From: Candidatus Hermodarchaeum yapensis
Lineage (GTDB): Archaea > Asgardarchaeota > Hermodarchaeia > Hermodarchaeales > Hermodarchaeaceae
Assembly: GCA_016840405.1 (NCBI GenBank)
Contig: JAEOSK010000014.1
Span: forward strand, 1-63,064
Direction: 5' to 3'
DNA length: 63,064 nucleotides
Part shown: in pieces, positions 38,425-49,602 of the stretch
Layout: every line of letters begins with the position of its first letter
Numbering within the stretch: the stretch's first letter is position 1
Notes under the pieces: model-generated
Databases searched by the model: none
Seen by the model: the letters and a program-made list of their open reading frames with translations, nothing else
Told to the model about the DNA's origin: nothing
Translations under genes and position numbers: made by a program

Positions 38425-40683
38425 TTATGTGCGACGTAACCGGCTTAGGATATTACGTCTGAATACAAGGTACCCAACTAGTACTCCAATCACGAGCATC
38501 ACGATAGCGATGCCAACGATAATTGCGATACCAGTCATGGAACCCAGTGTAATCACTTCTCTAATGGAGAATTCTGCCGTACCACTAGCTTGGATGACAA
38601 ATGTCACCCTTCCTGTAGTTTTTGCAGTAAAGGTTCCTGTGTACGTCATGCCGAATGGGAATGATAAGCCAGCAGTAATATAGAGTTGAAACATTGAACT
38701 AATGAGGAATGGGAAGTGTCCTAGAGTGTTGAAGAAGGTGCCAAAGGCAACATCTCCATCAGGTCGGAGATGCAAGTTGAGTACATAGTCATTACCAGCG
38801 ACAACGTTGAACGTGAAAGCGGTAAAGTCTTCATCTGTTTCACCAGTGGCAGATGCCACTGTTCCTGGAGTATAAGCCATGGGTGGCGTGATGGTTAAGG
38901 AGACATTCCCTTCGGTCATGTCGCCTCCAATCATGCCGGGTCCCTGAACCTCGAGGTAGTTGATAGTATCTCGAACGGAAACGTAAGTTAGAGTTGCAGT
39001 ATCATTGGTGTTCTGCGAGATTCCCATTCCGGTGTTTGGATTTGCAAATGCGAGTTGACTGAATAGACTCATCCACTGCCAATCTGCATACGGCATGGGT
39101 TGCATCGTATCTTCTATCCGAATTGTACCACTTGAGGTGTACTCGCTAGCCATAGCCGTTATTTCGTAGATTGCACCGCTCGCTTGTGGTACTGCGAAGA
39201 AGTGATAGTAAGGACCAAAAGTGGAATTGAAGTCAAAGGTGAGTCCTAACGGTGTCAATTCAGGGAATGGAAGAATGTCAAAGTGAGCGGTAACGGTGAA
39301 GTTTTGACTATATGGACCAGCACCATATGGTGTGGCTTCAACACGGAAGAAGAAGGTGTTAAACCAGCTTGATGGTCCAAGCCCAAATGGCGGTATAGCA
39401 CTGATAATTGATCCATTGTCATACGTGGTCAACGTTGCATCGGCCATCCATTGTTCAAAGAACATATTTCCCAAGACTCCAAGCATGGGATTACCTCCAC
39501 CCTGAGCAGTTGTCCAACCACGTTCCAAGGTTTCTTCGTCAATCTCTGATGTGCTTAGATCTTCGTAGGTTCTCAGCCATGGTCCGGTATAGCCTCCAGC
39601 CCAAGCGTCATAGGTTGTTACCGTCCAGTTGAAACCTTGAGGATTGGAGAAGGATGCATTGAAGTAATGACCTTCAGGGATGGTGACAGCAACGTATTGT
39701 TCGTATACATTAGGGGTCATGTTGAATTGGAGTTCAAGACCGATATTTGGTATAATAACTTGGGATTGTACTGGGGAGACGTTTATTGTAAAGTTCGCAA
39801 CAGAGTTGTTGAGGAATGTGAAATCATCGCTTTTACCGAGTAGATAGTAATCCCCACCTCTGAGTACTTCTTGGTTGATGAAGGGTCCAACAATGCTATT
39901 ATTAGTGCTGGCTCCTGCCGGAATGTTAAATCCAGGTGACCAAGAATGATAGGGGAGGTACTGACCATATTCAAGATCCATTAGATACAATAGCGCGGGT
40001 TGGAAAAAGCCATCGCCTACCCAACCTGCAGTCGTTTCCCAATTCAATCCTGCATACACAGTGAAGTTATAGAATTCGTCAACTGGGAGGTTGATGCGGA
40101 GACCTTGCCAGGTTTGATCCTCTGTCCATTCTAGCGTTGAATTTTGTCCCATCGGCAATGCATTAGGTATCATCGAGAAAGGAAGGAGTTGAGTTACTGT
40201 GAGGTTCCCAAGGACTAAGTCGCCAGGATCCGGACCGTCTATGCTGACGTCAATTCGGAAGTATCCGGGACGAACACAAATAACGTCTCTCTCGTCGAAT
40301 GCTGTATCGTTTTCAGGAACATTCTGAGACCAGCTAGCAAAACTCTGGAGGGATTCAATGTAGGACCCGATTTGGGGCCACCACCAATCCATACTCTGAT
40401 AGTATTCAGCATCAAGATCCAGGTTGGGTGCTGCTTCGTCCACATAGAGAGACAAATTGAGCAGATAGATTCCAGGATCAAGAATAGAAATCTCAAGAGC
40501 CTCTGTTGGGTCCGTGTCGTTGAGTGTAAATGGAGTAATACTATTCACGGGGGCTTGGATTGCTTGAACAACCGGTTCGATGCCTGCATCAGCCTGTAGA
40601 GGCGAAATTGGGCGTGGGATGCCAAACTGAAACACTAGTAGACTGATCACTAAAATTGAAACTTTTAAAGTAGTTCGATTCAT
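38425..40683 (-). CDS. Large secreted, C-terminally anchored cell-surface protein (beta-sandwich domains, likely glycosylated)
   Basis: Signal peptide, many N-x-S/T sequons, aromatic beta-rich body, C-terminal TM plus RR tail. Confidence 0.8.
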   Translation of the reverse strand: MNRTTLKVSILVISLLVFQFGIPRPISPLQADAGIEPVVQAIQAPVNSITPFTLNDTDPTEALEISILDPGIYLLNLSLYVDEAAPNLDLDAEYYQSMDWWWPQIGSYIESLQSFASWSQNVPENDTAFDERDVICVRPGYFRIDVSIDGPDPGDLVLGNLTVTQLLPFSMIPNALPMGQNSTLEWTEDQTWQGLRINLPVDEFYNFTVYAGLNWETTAGWVGDGFFQPALLYLMDLEYGQYLPYHSWSPGFNIPAGASTNNSIVGPFINQEVLRGGDYYLLGKSDDFTFLNNSVANFTINVSPVQSQVIIPNIGLELQFNMTPNVYEQYVAVTIPEGHYFNASFSNPQGFNWTVTTYDAWAGGYTGPWLRTYEDLSTSEIDEETLERGWTTAQGGGNPMLGVLGNMFFEQWMADATLTTYDNGSIISAIPPFGLGPSSWFNTFFFRVEATPYGAGPYSQNFTVTAHFDILPFPELTPLGLTFDFNSTFGPYYHFFAVPQASGAIYEITAMASEYTSSGTIRIEDTMQPMPYADWQWMSLFSQLAFANPNTGMGISQNTNDTATLTYVSVRDTINYLEVQGPGMIGGDMTEGNVSLTITPPMAYTPGTVASATGETDEDFTAFTFNVVAGNDYVLNLHLRPDGDVAFGTFFNTLGHFPFLISSMFQLYITAGLSFPFGMTYTGTFTAKTTGRVTFVIQASGTAEFSIREVITLGSMTGIAIIVGIAIVMLVIGVLVGYLVFRRNILSRLRRT

Positions 40684-40939
40684 TTTTTTAAACTCGTTTT
40701 GAGTTATTTTTTAAAGCAGTAATTTGAACGATTCCCGCTGGAACTATCGAAATCGTCGACTGCCTAAAGCGAATAGACCAAAAATGGTTTAAAAACTCTA
40801 TTGGTCTTCGGAATAAACCTGTACATCAATTAAGCTTCTATGAATGCGCAATTTTACTTCTCATCAGTAATTAAGCTAGAATCTCTGACGTGCTCTCCTC
40901 AAGGGAATATTAGCAAGGATTTGAGGGTTTGTGTATGTT

Positions 40940-41788
40940 TTAGGTGATTTTTGCACCACATTTTGGACAGAAATTACCTTGATACATGAATAATGGATAC
41001 TCTGCGTTGCACTTAGGACAGTTAGCGATAAGCTTCCCTCCGCAGTTTGTACAGGCTTCACTAATCGCTACAGTGGCCTTACAATGCGGACATTGAACCT
41101 GTGGCATGGAGGGCATCGCACCAGGCATCATAACTGGACCTGCTGCAGGAGCTGTCGGTGCAGAAGCACTTGATGGTCCCGTTTTCACGGGGGCTGCACA
41201 ATGAGGACAATGAGTCTGACCAGCAGGCACGTGGGCTCCACAGAAAGGGCATTTGTTCTTCGTCTTAGCTGCTTCAATCTGAGCTTCAACGACCGCGAAC
41301 ATCTGAGGTTTCTTGCTTTCAAACTCAATGTCTTCGCCACTACTCAATGTGATAACTAGTTTATTTTTGGGGCTGTCAATGTTATCAATGGTCATCAGGG
41401 GGATCGCTAGAGATTCTGCAGCTCCACCTTTTCCACGAGCAATCATTTGGTTACTTTGCATGGAATCAATGACAATGGCAGTAGCTGTGGCATGAGTGGC
41501 GTGTCGAATCCCTCGACCGACTGATCTGCCGACAATTCCACCATGGCGACGAGCTGCATCAGCCGCCACTGATCCTGCGACACCCACCGCAAAGGCTTTA
41601 GCAAAACCACCGAACAATCCTCCCCCTTTCTTCTTCTCTTGTTTATACCAAACCACCCGTACATCTGATACAACGAGTTTTCCTTTCGATCCTTCGAATT
41701 TAACCTCGTCAATCGCTGTGGCCACTTCCTCAAATCCGAGGGGAACTAGTTGACCGTTCTGGACTGTCACATTCAGAAAATCTGTCAT
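40940..41788 (-). CDS. PH-like domain plus Gly/Ala-rich insert plus multiple zinc ribbons
   Basis: GKLVVSDVRVVWY and IPLMTIDNI; six CxxC pairs split by a Pro/Ala linker. Confidence 0.7.
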   Translation of the reverse strand: MTDFLNVTVQNGQLVPLGFEEVATAIDEVKFEGSKGKLVVSDVRVVWYKQEKKKGGGLFGGFAKAFAVGVAGSVAADAARRHGGIVGRSVGRGIRHATHATATAIVIDSMQSNQMIARGKGGAAESLAIPLMTIDNIDSPKNKLVITLSSGEDIEFESKKPQMFAVVEAQIEAAKTKNKCPFCGAHVPAGQTHCPHCAAPVKTGPSSASAPTAPAAGPVMMPGAMPSMPQVQCPHCKATVAISEACTNCGGKLIANCPKCNAEYPLFMYQGNFCPKCGAKIT

Positions 41789-42046
41789 AGTTTAATCTCA
41801 GTGATTTCCTGTCAATAATCTTTCTACAGCCAGAAAACGTGCGTGATAATATCAAGGATTTGTTGATATCTCATTTTAGGCTGACAATTCAAAGGTATGT
41901 AATTTAGGAAACGTGCTAAATAGATAACACACCAATAATATGGAATTTATGAAAGGTTGCCTAATGCTCTAATTCCACATATGCTTTGGCTGATGTGTTC
42001 AAACAACTAACAAATTAGGTCATGAAGGTTATACTATGAGAATAGC

Positions 42047-42526
42047 ATGGTTTTAAGCGTTAATTCGCCTAAAGAACCAAAGGTGATTTCTTTGGTAATT
42101 TTTGGAACTACCGCAGAGCTCATTTTTGATATTAATTTAATTATTCAAATCATTCTGATTGTGTTGCTTTCAATTGGTGTATTTCAGAAACGCAATTGGA
42201 AATATCATGGCACAATAATGGCCATTGGGACTCTAACAATGCTTCTAACAGTGTTTCTGATTATGGCTCCCTCTTTAATAGCAAACTGGGCAGCAATAGT
42301 GTTAACACCAACGAGTCCAGGAGTGCTTATTACGCTCACCCATGTATTAATTGGATTACTGGCTTTGGGCATTGGGCTCTTCTTCACAACACGCTTTCTT
42401 TATTTCTCAACCACTAGTAAACCGTTAATCTGTGGAACTCGGCTTCAAATGCGAATTCAATTCACCATCTGGTTTCTTGCTCTCATATTTGGTTTAGCAT
42501 TCTATGTCTATTACTACGTGATATGA
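42047..42526 (+). CDS. DUF420-like four-TM membrane protein
   Basis: YHG.IM, IMAPS, H..IG.LA, W..A..FG..FY; true start may be GTG 42083 or TTG 42092. Confidence 0.65.
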   Translation: MVLSVNSPKEPKVISLVIFGTTAELIFDINLIIQIILIVLLSIGVFQKRNWKYHGTIMAIGTLTMLLTVFLIMAPSLIANWAAIVLTPTSPGVLITLTHVLIGLLALGIGLFFTTRFLYFSTTSKPLICGTRLQMRIQFTIWFLALIFGLAFYVYYYVI

Positions 42527-42560
42527 TTTCACCAAATATTCCAACAAAGACTAAACCCGA

Positions 42561-43397
42561 TCACTCGATGATTTGAACTTCTATTACGACAGCTTTCTTT
42601 GGGGATGAAGTGAATTCATATTTTCGTACGAAGTAGATTAGCAACGCTGACAAAGCTGTGAAGTATGTTATCACTTCGATTAGCGATGGTTTGCCATTAT
42701 AGCCTACTAATCCTTTCAAGACTAAGCCTAAAGGTCCATTCTCTGGCAACAGGAAGTTGATATCCCATACGTGTTCTATTAGAATTGGGATTACCCCCGC
42801 TTCTTGTAATTCATGAACGCCATAGGCAATCATTCCTGACGCAAAGAGAATCAACAAAATGCTGGTTATTCGAAAGAATGTGCGTAGGCTGAATCGTTTT
42901 GACTGGCTGAAATATACGAAGGCAATACCGAATGCCAGAATGAAACCTAAAATGGCTCCGACAACGATGGTGATATCACTCGAGGGAAGAGCAGTAAGGA
43001 ATATCACGGTTTCAACTCCTTCTCGTAGAACTGCCACAAACACGATGAAGAAAATCCCTAACGTCGCTGTCATTGTGGCTGCAGTTTTTTGCTCTAATTC
43101 TTCCTTGAGTGTTGGTCCCTTTCGTTCCATCCACACAATCATTGACACCAATAAACCAGCGGCAATCAGCGTTGTGACACCTTCAAAGATTTGGGCACTT
43201 GGACCTGAGAATCCGCCTGCAAGAAACTGAAAACCGATGGCAAACAATATGCTGGAAATAATTGCGGCCCCAACACCGGAAAATACTTGCCAGTACCTAT
43301 CTGAACCTCCTGTCCTTGCTAGAAATGCAAGTACAATTCCGACAATCAATGCTGCTTCAAGACCTTCACGAAGCGTAATGACAAACCCTGCTATCAT
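42561..43397 (-). CDS. FTR1-family high-affinity iron permease
   Basis: Two RExxE motifs (REGLEA, REGVET); HELQEAG. Confidence 0.93.
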   Translation of the reverse strand: MIAGFVITLREGLEAALIVGIVLAFLARTGGSDRYWQVFSGVGAAIISSILFAIGFQFLAGGFSGPSAQIFEGVTTLIAAGLLVSMIVWMERKGPTLKEELEQKTAATMTATLGIFFIVFVAVLREGVETVIFLTALPSSDITIVVGAILGFILAFGIAFVYFSQSKRFSLRTFFRITSILLILFASGMIAYGVHELQEAGVIPILIEHVWDINFLLPENGPLGLVLKGLVGYNGKPSLIEVITYFTALSALLIYFVRKYEFTSSPKKAVVIEVQIIE

Positions 43398-43499
43398 TCT
43401 GATTTCACTCTCTTTGTGTTATTCGTATTTTCCCGATCCACGCTTTTTCATGAGAAGTTGAAAGCGATGTTGGAAGTTGTGGTTGTAATGAACAAAAAG

Positions 43500-43517
43500 A
43501 TTTAGGCACGCCTAAAT
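43500..43517. promoter_or_regulatory. DtxR/IdeR/MntR-type metal box
   Basis: Perfect ATTTAGGC-AC-GCCTAAAT directly downstream of a CTTATAA box on the FTR1 strand; matches TTAGG-N4-CCTAA. Confidence 0.8.
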
Positions 43518-43617
43518 TATAAGGGTTTGGAAATCACTAAACAACAGCAAATAATAAACGCGTACGCGATTTCATTTCATTCCAAATAAATAGAATTATT
43601 CTACTCAGTGAACTGCC

Positions 43618-44193
43618 TTGCTGGTACCACTCTTTCTGACGATTTTTCTCATGGTTCTTCTGGCTGAGCTTGCGGACAAGACCCAATTAGTCACCTTTGC
43701 ACTTGGGGCTGAAACAGGAAAACCAGTCCAAGTATACCTCGGTGTGCTAGGCGGATTATTTTGCGTCACCGTTTTGGGAGTACTTGCAGGATCTCTGATT
43801 GGTCTGTTCGTCCCACTTTGGCTAATTCAAATCATAGCTGGCATCATTTTCATCATTAATGGTGTCTATGCGTTATACAGAGCTCGAAGTAGTAATGAGG
43901 ACGAAGAAGTTCAGAGTGTTGGGAGCAAACGAGTCTGGACTCGGGCGTTTGCACTCCTTTTCTTAGCTGAACTGGGTGATAAAACTCAAATTCTCGTAAT
44001 CCTATTAGTAGCAACAACTGGTCAGCTCTTACTGGTTTTTCTTGGTGCTTTTACTGCTCTGGCCGTTGTTAATGGAATAGGAGTTGTAATTGGAGATCGC
44101 GCACGACACTATCTCGGTTCATCAGTAATCAGATACGTTGCTGCCATTGCTTTTATTATCGCAGGGATTCTAATGCTCCTTGTTTTTCTCTAG
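43618..44193 (+). CDS. TMEM165/GDT1 (UPF0016) Mn2+/Ca2+ transporter
   Basis: Two E-x-(A/G)-D-K-T motifs: AELADKTQ and AELGDKTQ. Confidence 0.92.
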   Translation: MLVPLFLTIFLMVLLAELADKTQLVTFALGAETGKPVQVYLGVLGGLFCVTVLGVLAGSLIGLFVPLWLIQIIAGIIFIINGVYALYRARSSNEDEEVQSVGSKRVWTRAFALLFLAELGDKTQILVILLVATTGQLLLVFLGAFTALAVVNGIGVVIGDRARHYLGSSVIRYVAAIAFIIAGILMLLVFL

Positions 44194-44257
44194 AAATAGT
44201 TCCTTTGACGGTTTGTCTGAAGCCAAGGATTTTCGTCTCAAATGAACGGTGTATGTC

Positions 44258-47200
44258 TCATTCAAGCTCGGGATTCACAAAATCTTCTGACAGGATTGTT
44301 TCAAACCTTCGAATGAAGAAGTCGACGTTTTCTTGCGTGAAGACCATTGGAGGTTTAATCTTCAGAACATTGTTAAAGGGTCCATCAGAGCTGATTAGAA
44401 TTCCCAAGTCTTTCATACGTTCAATGATATATACAGTTTCTTTCGTCGCGGGTTCTCGGGTTGTTGGGGTCAAAACTAGTTCGACTCCAATGAATAGTCC
44501 GCGCCCTCGGATATCACCTATCAGCGGATATTGACTTTGGAGCTGTTTGAGTTGATCAATGAAGTAAGTGCCAATCTTCAGGGCGTTTTCCTGGAGTCGT
44601 TCTTCTTCAATGATGTCGAGTACAGTCAAACCCACAGCACAGGAAACGGGGTTTCCACCAGTTGAGCTGAAGAATTCCATGCCAGTATCAAATGATTCAG
44701 CAATATCAGGAGTAGTTACAACAGCTGCTAATGGATGCCCGTTCCCAATTGGTTTTCCCAGTGTGATGATATCAGGGATTATGTCTTGTGTCTCAAAGGC
44801 CCAAAAGTGTGTACCCATTCGTCCAAATCCAGTTTGCACTTCATCTATAATGCACACCCCACCCGCTTGGCGAATGTGTCGAAATGCCTCTTGGAGGTAT
44901 TTGTTGGGAAACACAATTTGTCCTGCGGCTCCCATGATTGGTTCGCATACAAAGGCGGCAACACCCTTTCCCGCCTTTTTCAAGGTCTTTGTTATTTCTA
45001 AAACTTCAGCAGCATATTTCTTTCCAGCTTTCGAGTCAAGACCTCTGAATTTGCCTCTGTAACCATCTGGGGTGCTCACCGTATGTACAAAGGGCGGAGA
45101 ACCTTTTCCACCGGGTCCATTGAATTTGTAGGGACTAATGTCAATCAACGTGCTTGTGTTCCCATGATAAGCTCCTTCGATGACAATAATGTCCGATTGG
45201 TTCGTGTGGGTTCGGGCTAGACGAAGCGCTAACTCGTTGGCTTCGCTTCCACTGTTGACAAAGAAGCAGACGCTCAGTGGATCTGGCAAGGTGGCAACTA
45301 GACGTTGTGCATATTTGATCAAGTTCTCATGCACGTAGCGTGTGTTCGTGTTCAGCACAGTAGCTTGCTCATGAAGTGCTTTGACGACTTTAGGATGAGA
45401 ATGCCCTACATGAGAAACGTTGTTTCGAGCATCAAGATAGGCACATCCTTCCTCATCGTAGAGGTACTGCATGTATCCTCGAACAATCTTCAAAGGCGTC
45501 TGATAGGAAACACTTACAGGTTTTCCAATGAGCGTATTTCGCGCCGCAAGAATCTCATCAACACTCATCGGATTCTTTGAAAGACGATTAACAGGAATTC
45601 CGAGAATAATATTAGGGTCAGGGCAGATGCTGAGCCATAGTTCGCGTTGACTCGGTAGGGCATAACTCGGGAAATCACCTTGCATATCGAAAATATCACA
45701 CATTAATTGAAAATGAAACGAAACTGGCCAGTCCCCATTCTCTGGCGGTGTTCCAACTTGACCAATTTGATTTCCTTTCTTGACTGGTTTTCCTGGAGCT
45801 AATCCTTCAAGGGACTCTTTGCTCAAGTGGGAGTACATCGTGTAGAACTTGAGATTGGTATCCCTGGCTTTGTGTTCAAGAATAAGCGTCGGACCATTTT
45901 CCCGGAAACCTTGGTTGTTTGCTAAGCTGTGGATGATGCCATCGAGTGGTGCTAGAATTGGCTCTCCGGGAGTTAGGAACAAATCCATGCCCAGATGAAT
46001 CGTGGGTGTTTCAGCAATATCATATTGGGCATGCATCTTTCTTTTCGTGATGTTCGTTAATCGTGGTTCGTTATATCGACCTATTCCGACTTTATCTCCT
46101 GCTTCTCCGATTCGGTCAGTAACGAATTTTGTAAGGAGTGTTGTGTCCTGAATTTCAGGTAGGCTACCACATTCTAGGCTACCAACACTGAGATCAAAGA
46201 CATCTACTGATTCTGTTTGCAGGTCTGTTTTTATGAGTGGTCCGATTTGCTTCTGATTTTTTATTAACCACTTGGTTATCGTTTCACTTTGTGGGCAGGG
46301 AGGAAGATTGCAGGCCTGTCTAAATGCATAGGTGACAAAACGGGGATGAACTGCTCTGAGACGATACAGCGTTTCCCAGGCGTCTTTTTCAGAAATGATG
46401 AGATATTCGTTATCCGGTTCCAACTTCTGTTGATACGCTGAAATCGATACGCTCATCGCCAGTCGTGTACGGATAAGCAGAAAGAGTAACTCAACCTCTT
46501 GCGCAGTTAATGGAAAGACCGAGTGGTAGCCACGGACAACTTGCGCTGCCGTAGCTATGGGGTCAGATTTTCCAAGAATCGCATACGTTACAGCTACTGC
46601 CAACTCAAAGATAGTGTGAGAGAACACCATATCGCCAAAATCTAGGATGCTGAAACGGTGTTCTTCGGGTGGTCCTGCAAAGCGCACGAGAATATTGTTA
46701 TCATTTCCATCATTATGAATGACACTTGTTCGAAGGTGTGGCAAAACCGGGACGACCTGTGTATTGAAGGCTTCCAAGCATTCTTCCACTATCGCGACCC
46801 GTTCGGGAGTTTTAATCTGCTCCTTGTATCGGTTGATGGTTGAACTCGCATTCTTCAAGTCCCAATAGAGCTCACGGTCTGTCGCGGGATGGGAAAAGCC
46901 TTCAAGAGCACGAGATAAAGAACCGATAAACGCGCCCAATCCATAAAGGAGATTCTCACTGTGGGGCTTTACCTTTGCCAAGACTTTCCCTGGTAGATAG
47001 TTCAGGAGACGAACAAACGACGGTGTACCATCCGCAACTTCGATAACAGATATCTGTTCACCTGCTAGTGACTCTATGATATTGGGACATATCTCCTTGT
47101 CACCTTTCTTGACTAGATGGTCCATTGCCTGATTCTGAAATTCGAGAATCTCCCGCTTCTCCGATGTCGCCGCAATCTTGAGCACAAATTCATCACCCGA

Positions 47201-47356
47201 ATCAGTCCGCAGAAAGAAATTCCGATCCCGTTCACTAGGAAGCTCCTTCACGGACCCTGCAATCCCAAACAGCTTCTCAGCGATTCGAAGAGCATCTTCT
47301 TCAGTGAACCTTGGGCGATATTGGTCCCTCGCAGACATTTGCTTACACCTTAACAT
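44258..47356 (-). CDS. Fusion of an APH-type kinase, an M23-like domain and a class III aminotransferase (hydroxylysine kinase/phospho-lyase-like)
   Basis: HNDGNDNN and DFGD kinase motifs; HLGMDLF and HFQ M23 motifs; [26 protein letters not shown] lysine. Confidence 0.88.
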   Translation of the reverse strand: MLRCKQMSARDQYRPRFTEEDALRIAEKLFGIAGSVKELPSERDRNFFLRTDSGDEFVLKIAATSEKREILEFQNQAMDHLVKKGDKEICPNIIESLAGEQISVIEVADGTPSFVRLLNYLPGKVLAKVKPHSENLLYGLGAFIGSLSRALEGFSHPATDRELYWDLKNASSTINRYKEQIKTPERVAIVEECLEAFNTQVVPVLPHLRTSVIHNDGNDNNILVRFAGPPEEHRFSILDFGDMVFSHTIFELAVAVTYAILGKSDPIATAAQVVRGYHSVFPLTAQEVELLFLLIRTRLAMSVSISAYQQKLEPDNEYLIISEKDAWETLYRLRAVHPRFVTYAFRQACNLPPCPQSETITKWLIKNQKQIGPLIKTDLQTESVDVFDLSVGSLECGSLPEIQDTTLLTKFVTDRIGEAGDKVGIGRYNEPRLTNITKRKMHAQYDIAETPTIHLGMDLFLTPGEPILAPLDGIIHSLANNQGFRENGPTLILEHKARDTNLKFYTMYSHLSKESLEGLAPGKPVKKGNQIGQVGTPPENGDWPVSFHFQLMCDIFDMQGDFPSYALPSQRELWLSICPDPNIILGIPVNRLSKNPMSVDEILAARNTLIGKPVSVSYQTPLKIVRGYMQYLYDEEGCAYLDARNNVSHVGHSHPKVVKALHEQATVLNTNTRYVHENLIKYAQRLVATLPDPLSVCFFVNSGSEANELALRLARTHTNQSDIIVIEGAYHGNTSTLIDISPYKFNGPGGKGSPPFVHTVSTPDGYRGKFRGLDSKAGKKYAAEVLEITKTLKKAGKGVAAFVCEPIMGAAGQIVFPNKYLQEAFRHIRQAGGVCIIDEVQTGFGRMGTHFWAFETQDIIPDIITLGKPIGNGHPLAAVVTTPDIAESFDTGMEFFSSTGGNPVSCAVGLTVLDIIEEERLQENALKIGTYFIDQLKQLQSQYPLIGDIRGRGLFIGVELVLTPTTREPATKETVYIIERMKDLGILISSDGPFNNVLKIKPPMVFTQENVDFFIRRFETILSEDFVNPELE

Positions 47357-47456
47357 TCCTTGATACCTTATCAGAGCCCTTACAACATCTAAAAGATTCT
47401 TCTACGTAGAATTTCGATTGAATCATTCAAGAAACAGGCTGGATCGTTACCTGATT

Positions 47457-49064
47457 CTACCAACCTATTGCGATACCATCCGCTCGGGGGCTGGTTCCGC
47501 CACACAACACACCTGTGTCAGGGTTTCGAGTAATGATTTGCCCACGACCAAACATCATGCGTGATGCGCCAGAGATAGACAGAATGTCATGTCCCATTTT
47601 TCCTAGGGTCTTCATAGTCTCTTCAGGAATGGAATCTTCTAACGCGACTTGACCACTACTCGTCCCGTCGCGTATGGTGAATCGCGGGGCGTTCAGAGCT
47701 TCTTGGGGATTCATCCCAAAGTCAATTAGGTTAATGAGCACTTGAACGTGACCTTGGGGTTGGTTGAATCCACCCATCACACCAAAACTCGCGTAGAGCT
47801 CCTTCTCTTTTAGAGCCATGCCAGGAATGATGGTGTGATAGGGACGCTTCTTTGGAGCAAGCACATTCGGATGATCCGGATTCAGTGAAAAACCCGCTCC
47901 ACGGTTTTGCAATGTGAATCCACAACCCTTGGGAATTAATCCTGTGCCAAACCCCATATAATTTGAACCGATGAAACTACAGGCATTCCCCTCCCCATCA
48001 ACTACGGTAAAGTACACCGTATCTGAAGCTGTCATTGGAGATCCTTTAGTAAAATCAAGGGTGGCCTTAGACGGGTTAATCAACGTTCGGCGCTGAGCGG
48101 CATATTTCTTCGAAATTAACTTCTTAATTGGGACATCAACTATTGCAGGATCTGCCACATACCATCGGGTATCCGCAAAGGCTAGGCGCATGGCCTCAAT
48201 CATCAAATGCATGTGCTGAACAGATGAATGGCCCATTGAAGTGAAATCATATTCTTCGAGGATGTTCAAGGCAATGAGCGCGGTAATGCCCTGCCCGTTG
48301 GGTGGAATCTCAAACACATCAACCCCCTTATATTTGGTCGAAATCGGATTATCAAAGGTGTTTGTGTGATGCTTCAAATCTTCCAAAGACATCTTCCCCC
48401 CCATTGACTGAAGTAACTCGACGATGGCTTCGGCAACACGACCTTTATAAAATCCGCTTTTCCCCTGCTCAGCTAAATCACGAAACGTCCGGGCAAGTGT
48501 AGGGAGCTTCATAATCTCCCCGGCATTCGGGGCGTCACCCTTACGAAGCATCTCCTCTGCGTGAGGTCCCTGCTTGAGTTGGTCAACACCTCGCTTCCAA
48601 GAAGCAGCTGTTAACGGAGCTACCGGGTAGCCCTTCTCAGCTAACTCGATAGCGGGAGCCAACACTTCTGAGAGCGGCATAGTACCGAAATGATTAACGG
48701 TATCTTCCCACCCGGCAGCCGCGCCTGGAACTGTCACCGTATGCACACTAAACCGTGGAAGTTCCTCTGTGATTCCAACTTTTTCTAATTCTTGTAGGTT
48801 CAGTTCTGCTGGTGACCGACCACTTGCATTGATTCCCTTCACCATTTTTGTTGTGCTATCAAAAAAGAGGCAGAAACAATCTCCACCAATGCCTGTGGAA
48901 CATGGTTCTGTCACATTCAAGGCTGCTGCTGTGGCCACAGCGGCATCAGCCGCATTGCCACCTTGTTGTAAAATCCGAAGACCGACTTCTGAGGCTAGCG
49001 GTTGACTGGACGCGACGATCCCATGTCGGGCATACACCGGTGAACGGTAAGAAATGAACTTCAT
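47457..49064 (-). CDS. ggt: Gamma-glutamyltransferase
   Basis: GGNAADAA, TGIGGD, PPNGQG, DT nucleophile (SDTVYF), LQNRG, PYHTIIP, GVMGG..QPQG. Confidence 0.93.
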   Translation of the reverse strand: MKFISYRSPVYARHGIVASSQPLASEVGLRILQQGGNAADAAVATAAALNVTEPCSTGIGGDCFCLFFDSTTKMVKGINASGRSPAELNLQELEKVGITEELPRFSVHTVTVPGAAAGWEDTVNHFGTMPLSEVLAPAIELAEKGYPVAPLTAASWKRGVDQLKQGPHAEEMLRKGDAPNAGEIMKLPTLARTFRDLAEQGKSGFYKGRVAEAIVELLQSMGGKMSLEDLKHHTNTFDNPISTKYKGVDVFEIPPNGQGITALIALNILEEYDFTSMGHSSVQHMHLMIEAMRLAFADTRWYVADPAIVDVPIKKLISKKYAAQRRTLINPSKATLDFTKGSPMTASDTVYFTVVDGEGNACSFIGSNYMGFGTGLIPKGCGFTLQNRGAGFSLNPDHPNVLAPKKRPYHTIIPGMALKEKELYASFGVMGGFNQPQGHVQVLINLIDFGMNPQEALNAPRFTIRDGTSSGQVALEDSIPEETMKTLGKMGHDILSISGASRMMFGRGQIITRNPDTGVLCGGTSPRADGIAIGW

Positions 49065-49191
49065 GCAGTGAGTCTATCGCCTTGTCCCAAAATCGTATCG
49101 GTAGTGCAGAAGAAATCCTTCCAACTGAACTTCTATGGAAGCTCATGTTCAAAGAAGCTTAGAATCTTTGCAGAAAAATGATGGAGGGGAG

Positions 49192-49410
49192 CTAGCGCCC
49201 CACTATCATCAGAAGAATTACCATAACTGCGGCAAAGATTGGGAAGAAAGTGATGAAGGCAGGAGGCGCGCCTTCTAAATTCTCTTGGTTTTCTAAGTAA
49301 CAGTATTTACAGTAGTTCACTGGAACAAACATTCTCAATTGCCATTTGTATTTCACACGGGAATAGACATTCCCGATAATTTCTTCACCACAAACAGAAC
49401 ATTTTGTCAT
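49192..49410 (-). CDS. Small tail-anchored zinc-finger protein
   Basis: CSVC...CKYC plus a C-terminal hydrophobic helix; TTTATAT box upstream at about 49479-49485. Confidence 0.6.
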   Translation of the reverse strand: MTKCSVCGEEIIGNVYSRVKYKWQLRMFVPVNYCKYCYLENQENLEGAPPAFITFFPIFAAVMVILLMIVGR

Positions 49411-49602
49411 TGTGTTTTATTCACACTCAGTGTTCCGGGATGTGATCCTGAACACGAGTATCGTTTCATAATCTGGGGATATAAACTCGCGTCAACTTGA
49501 TGGCGCGTTTTTCTGCAGGTTGGCGGAAATAATATTGAGAAAAGAGCACTGACTAGCACTGCTTTTAGTGGAGGTCTTGTTGCGGTAACTGGTATGTGAG
49601 GT

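Noticed and set aside
43420-43452. 10-codon uORF (MKKRGSGKYE) in the FTR1 leader
   Set aside because: Too short to distinguish from chance and has no metal-sensing residues
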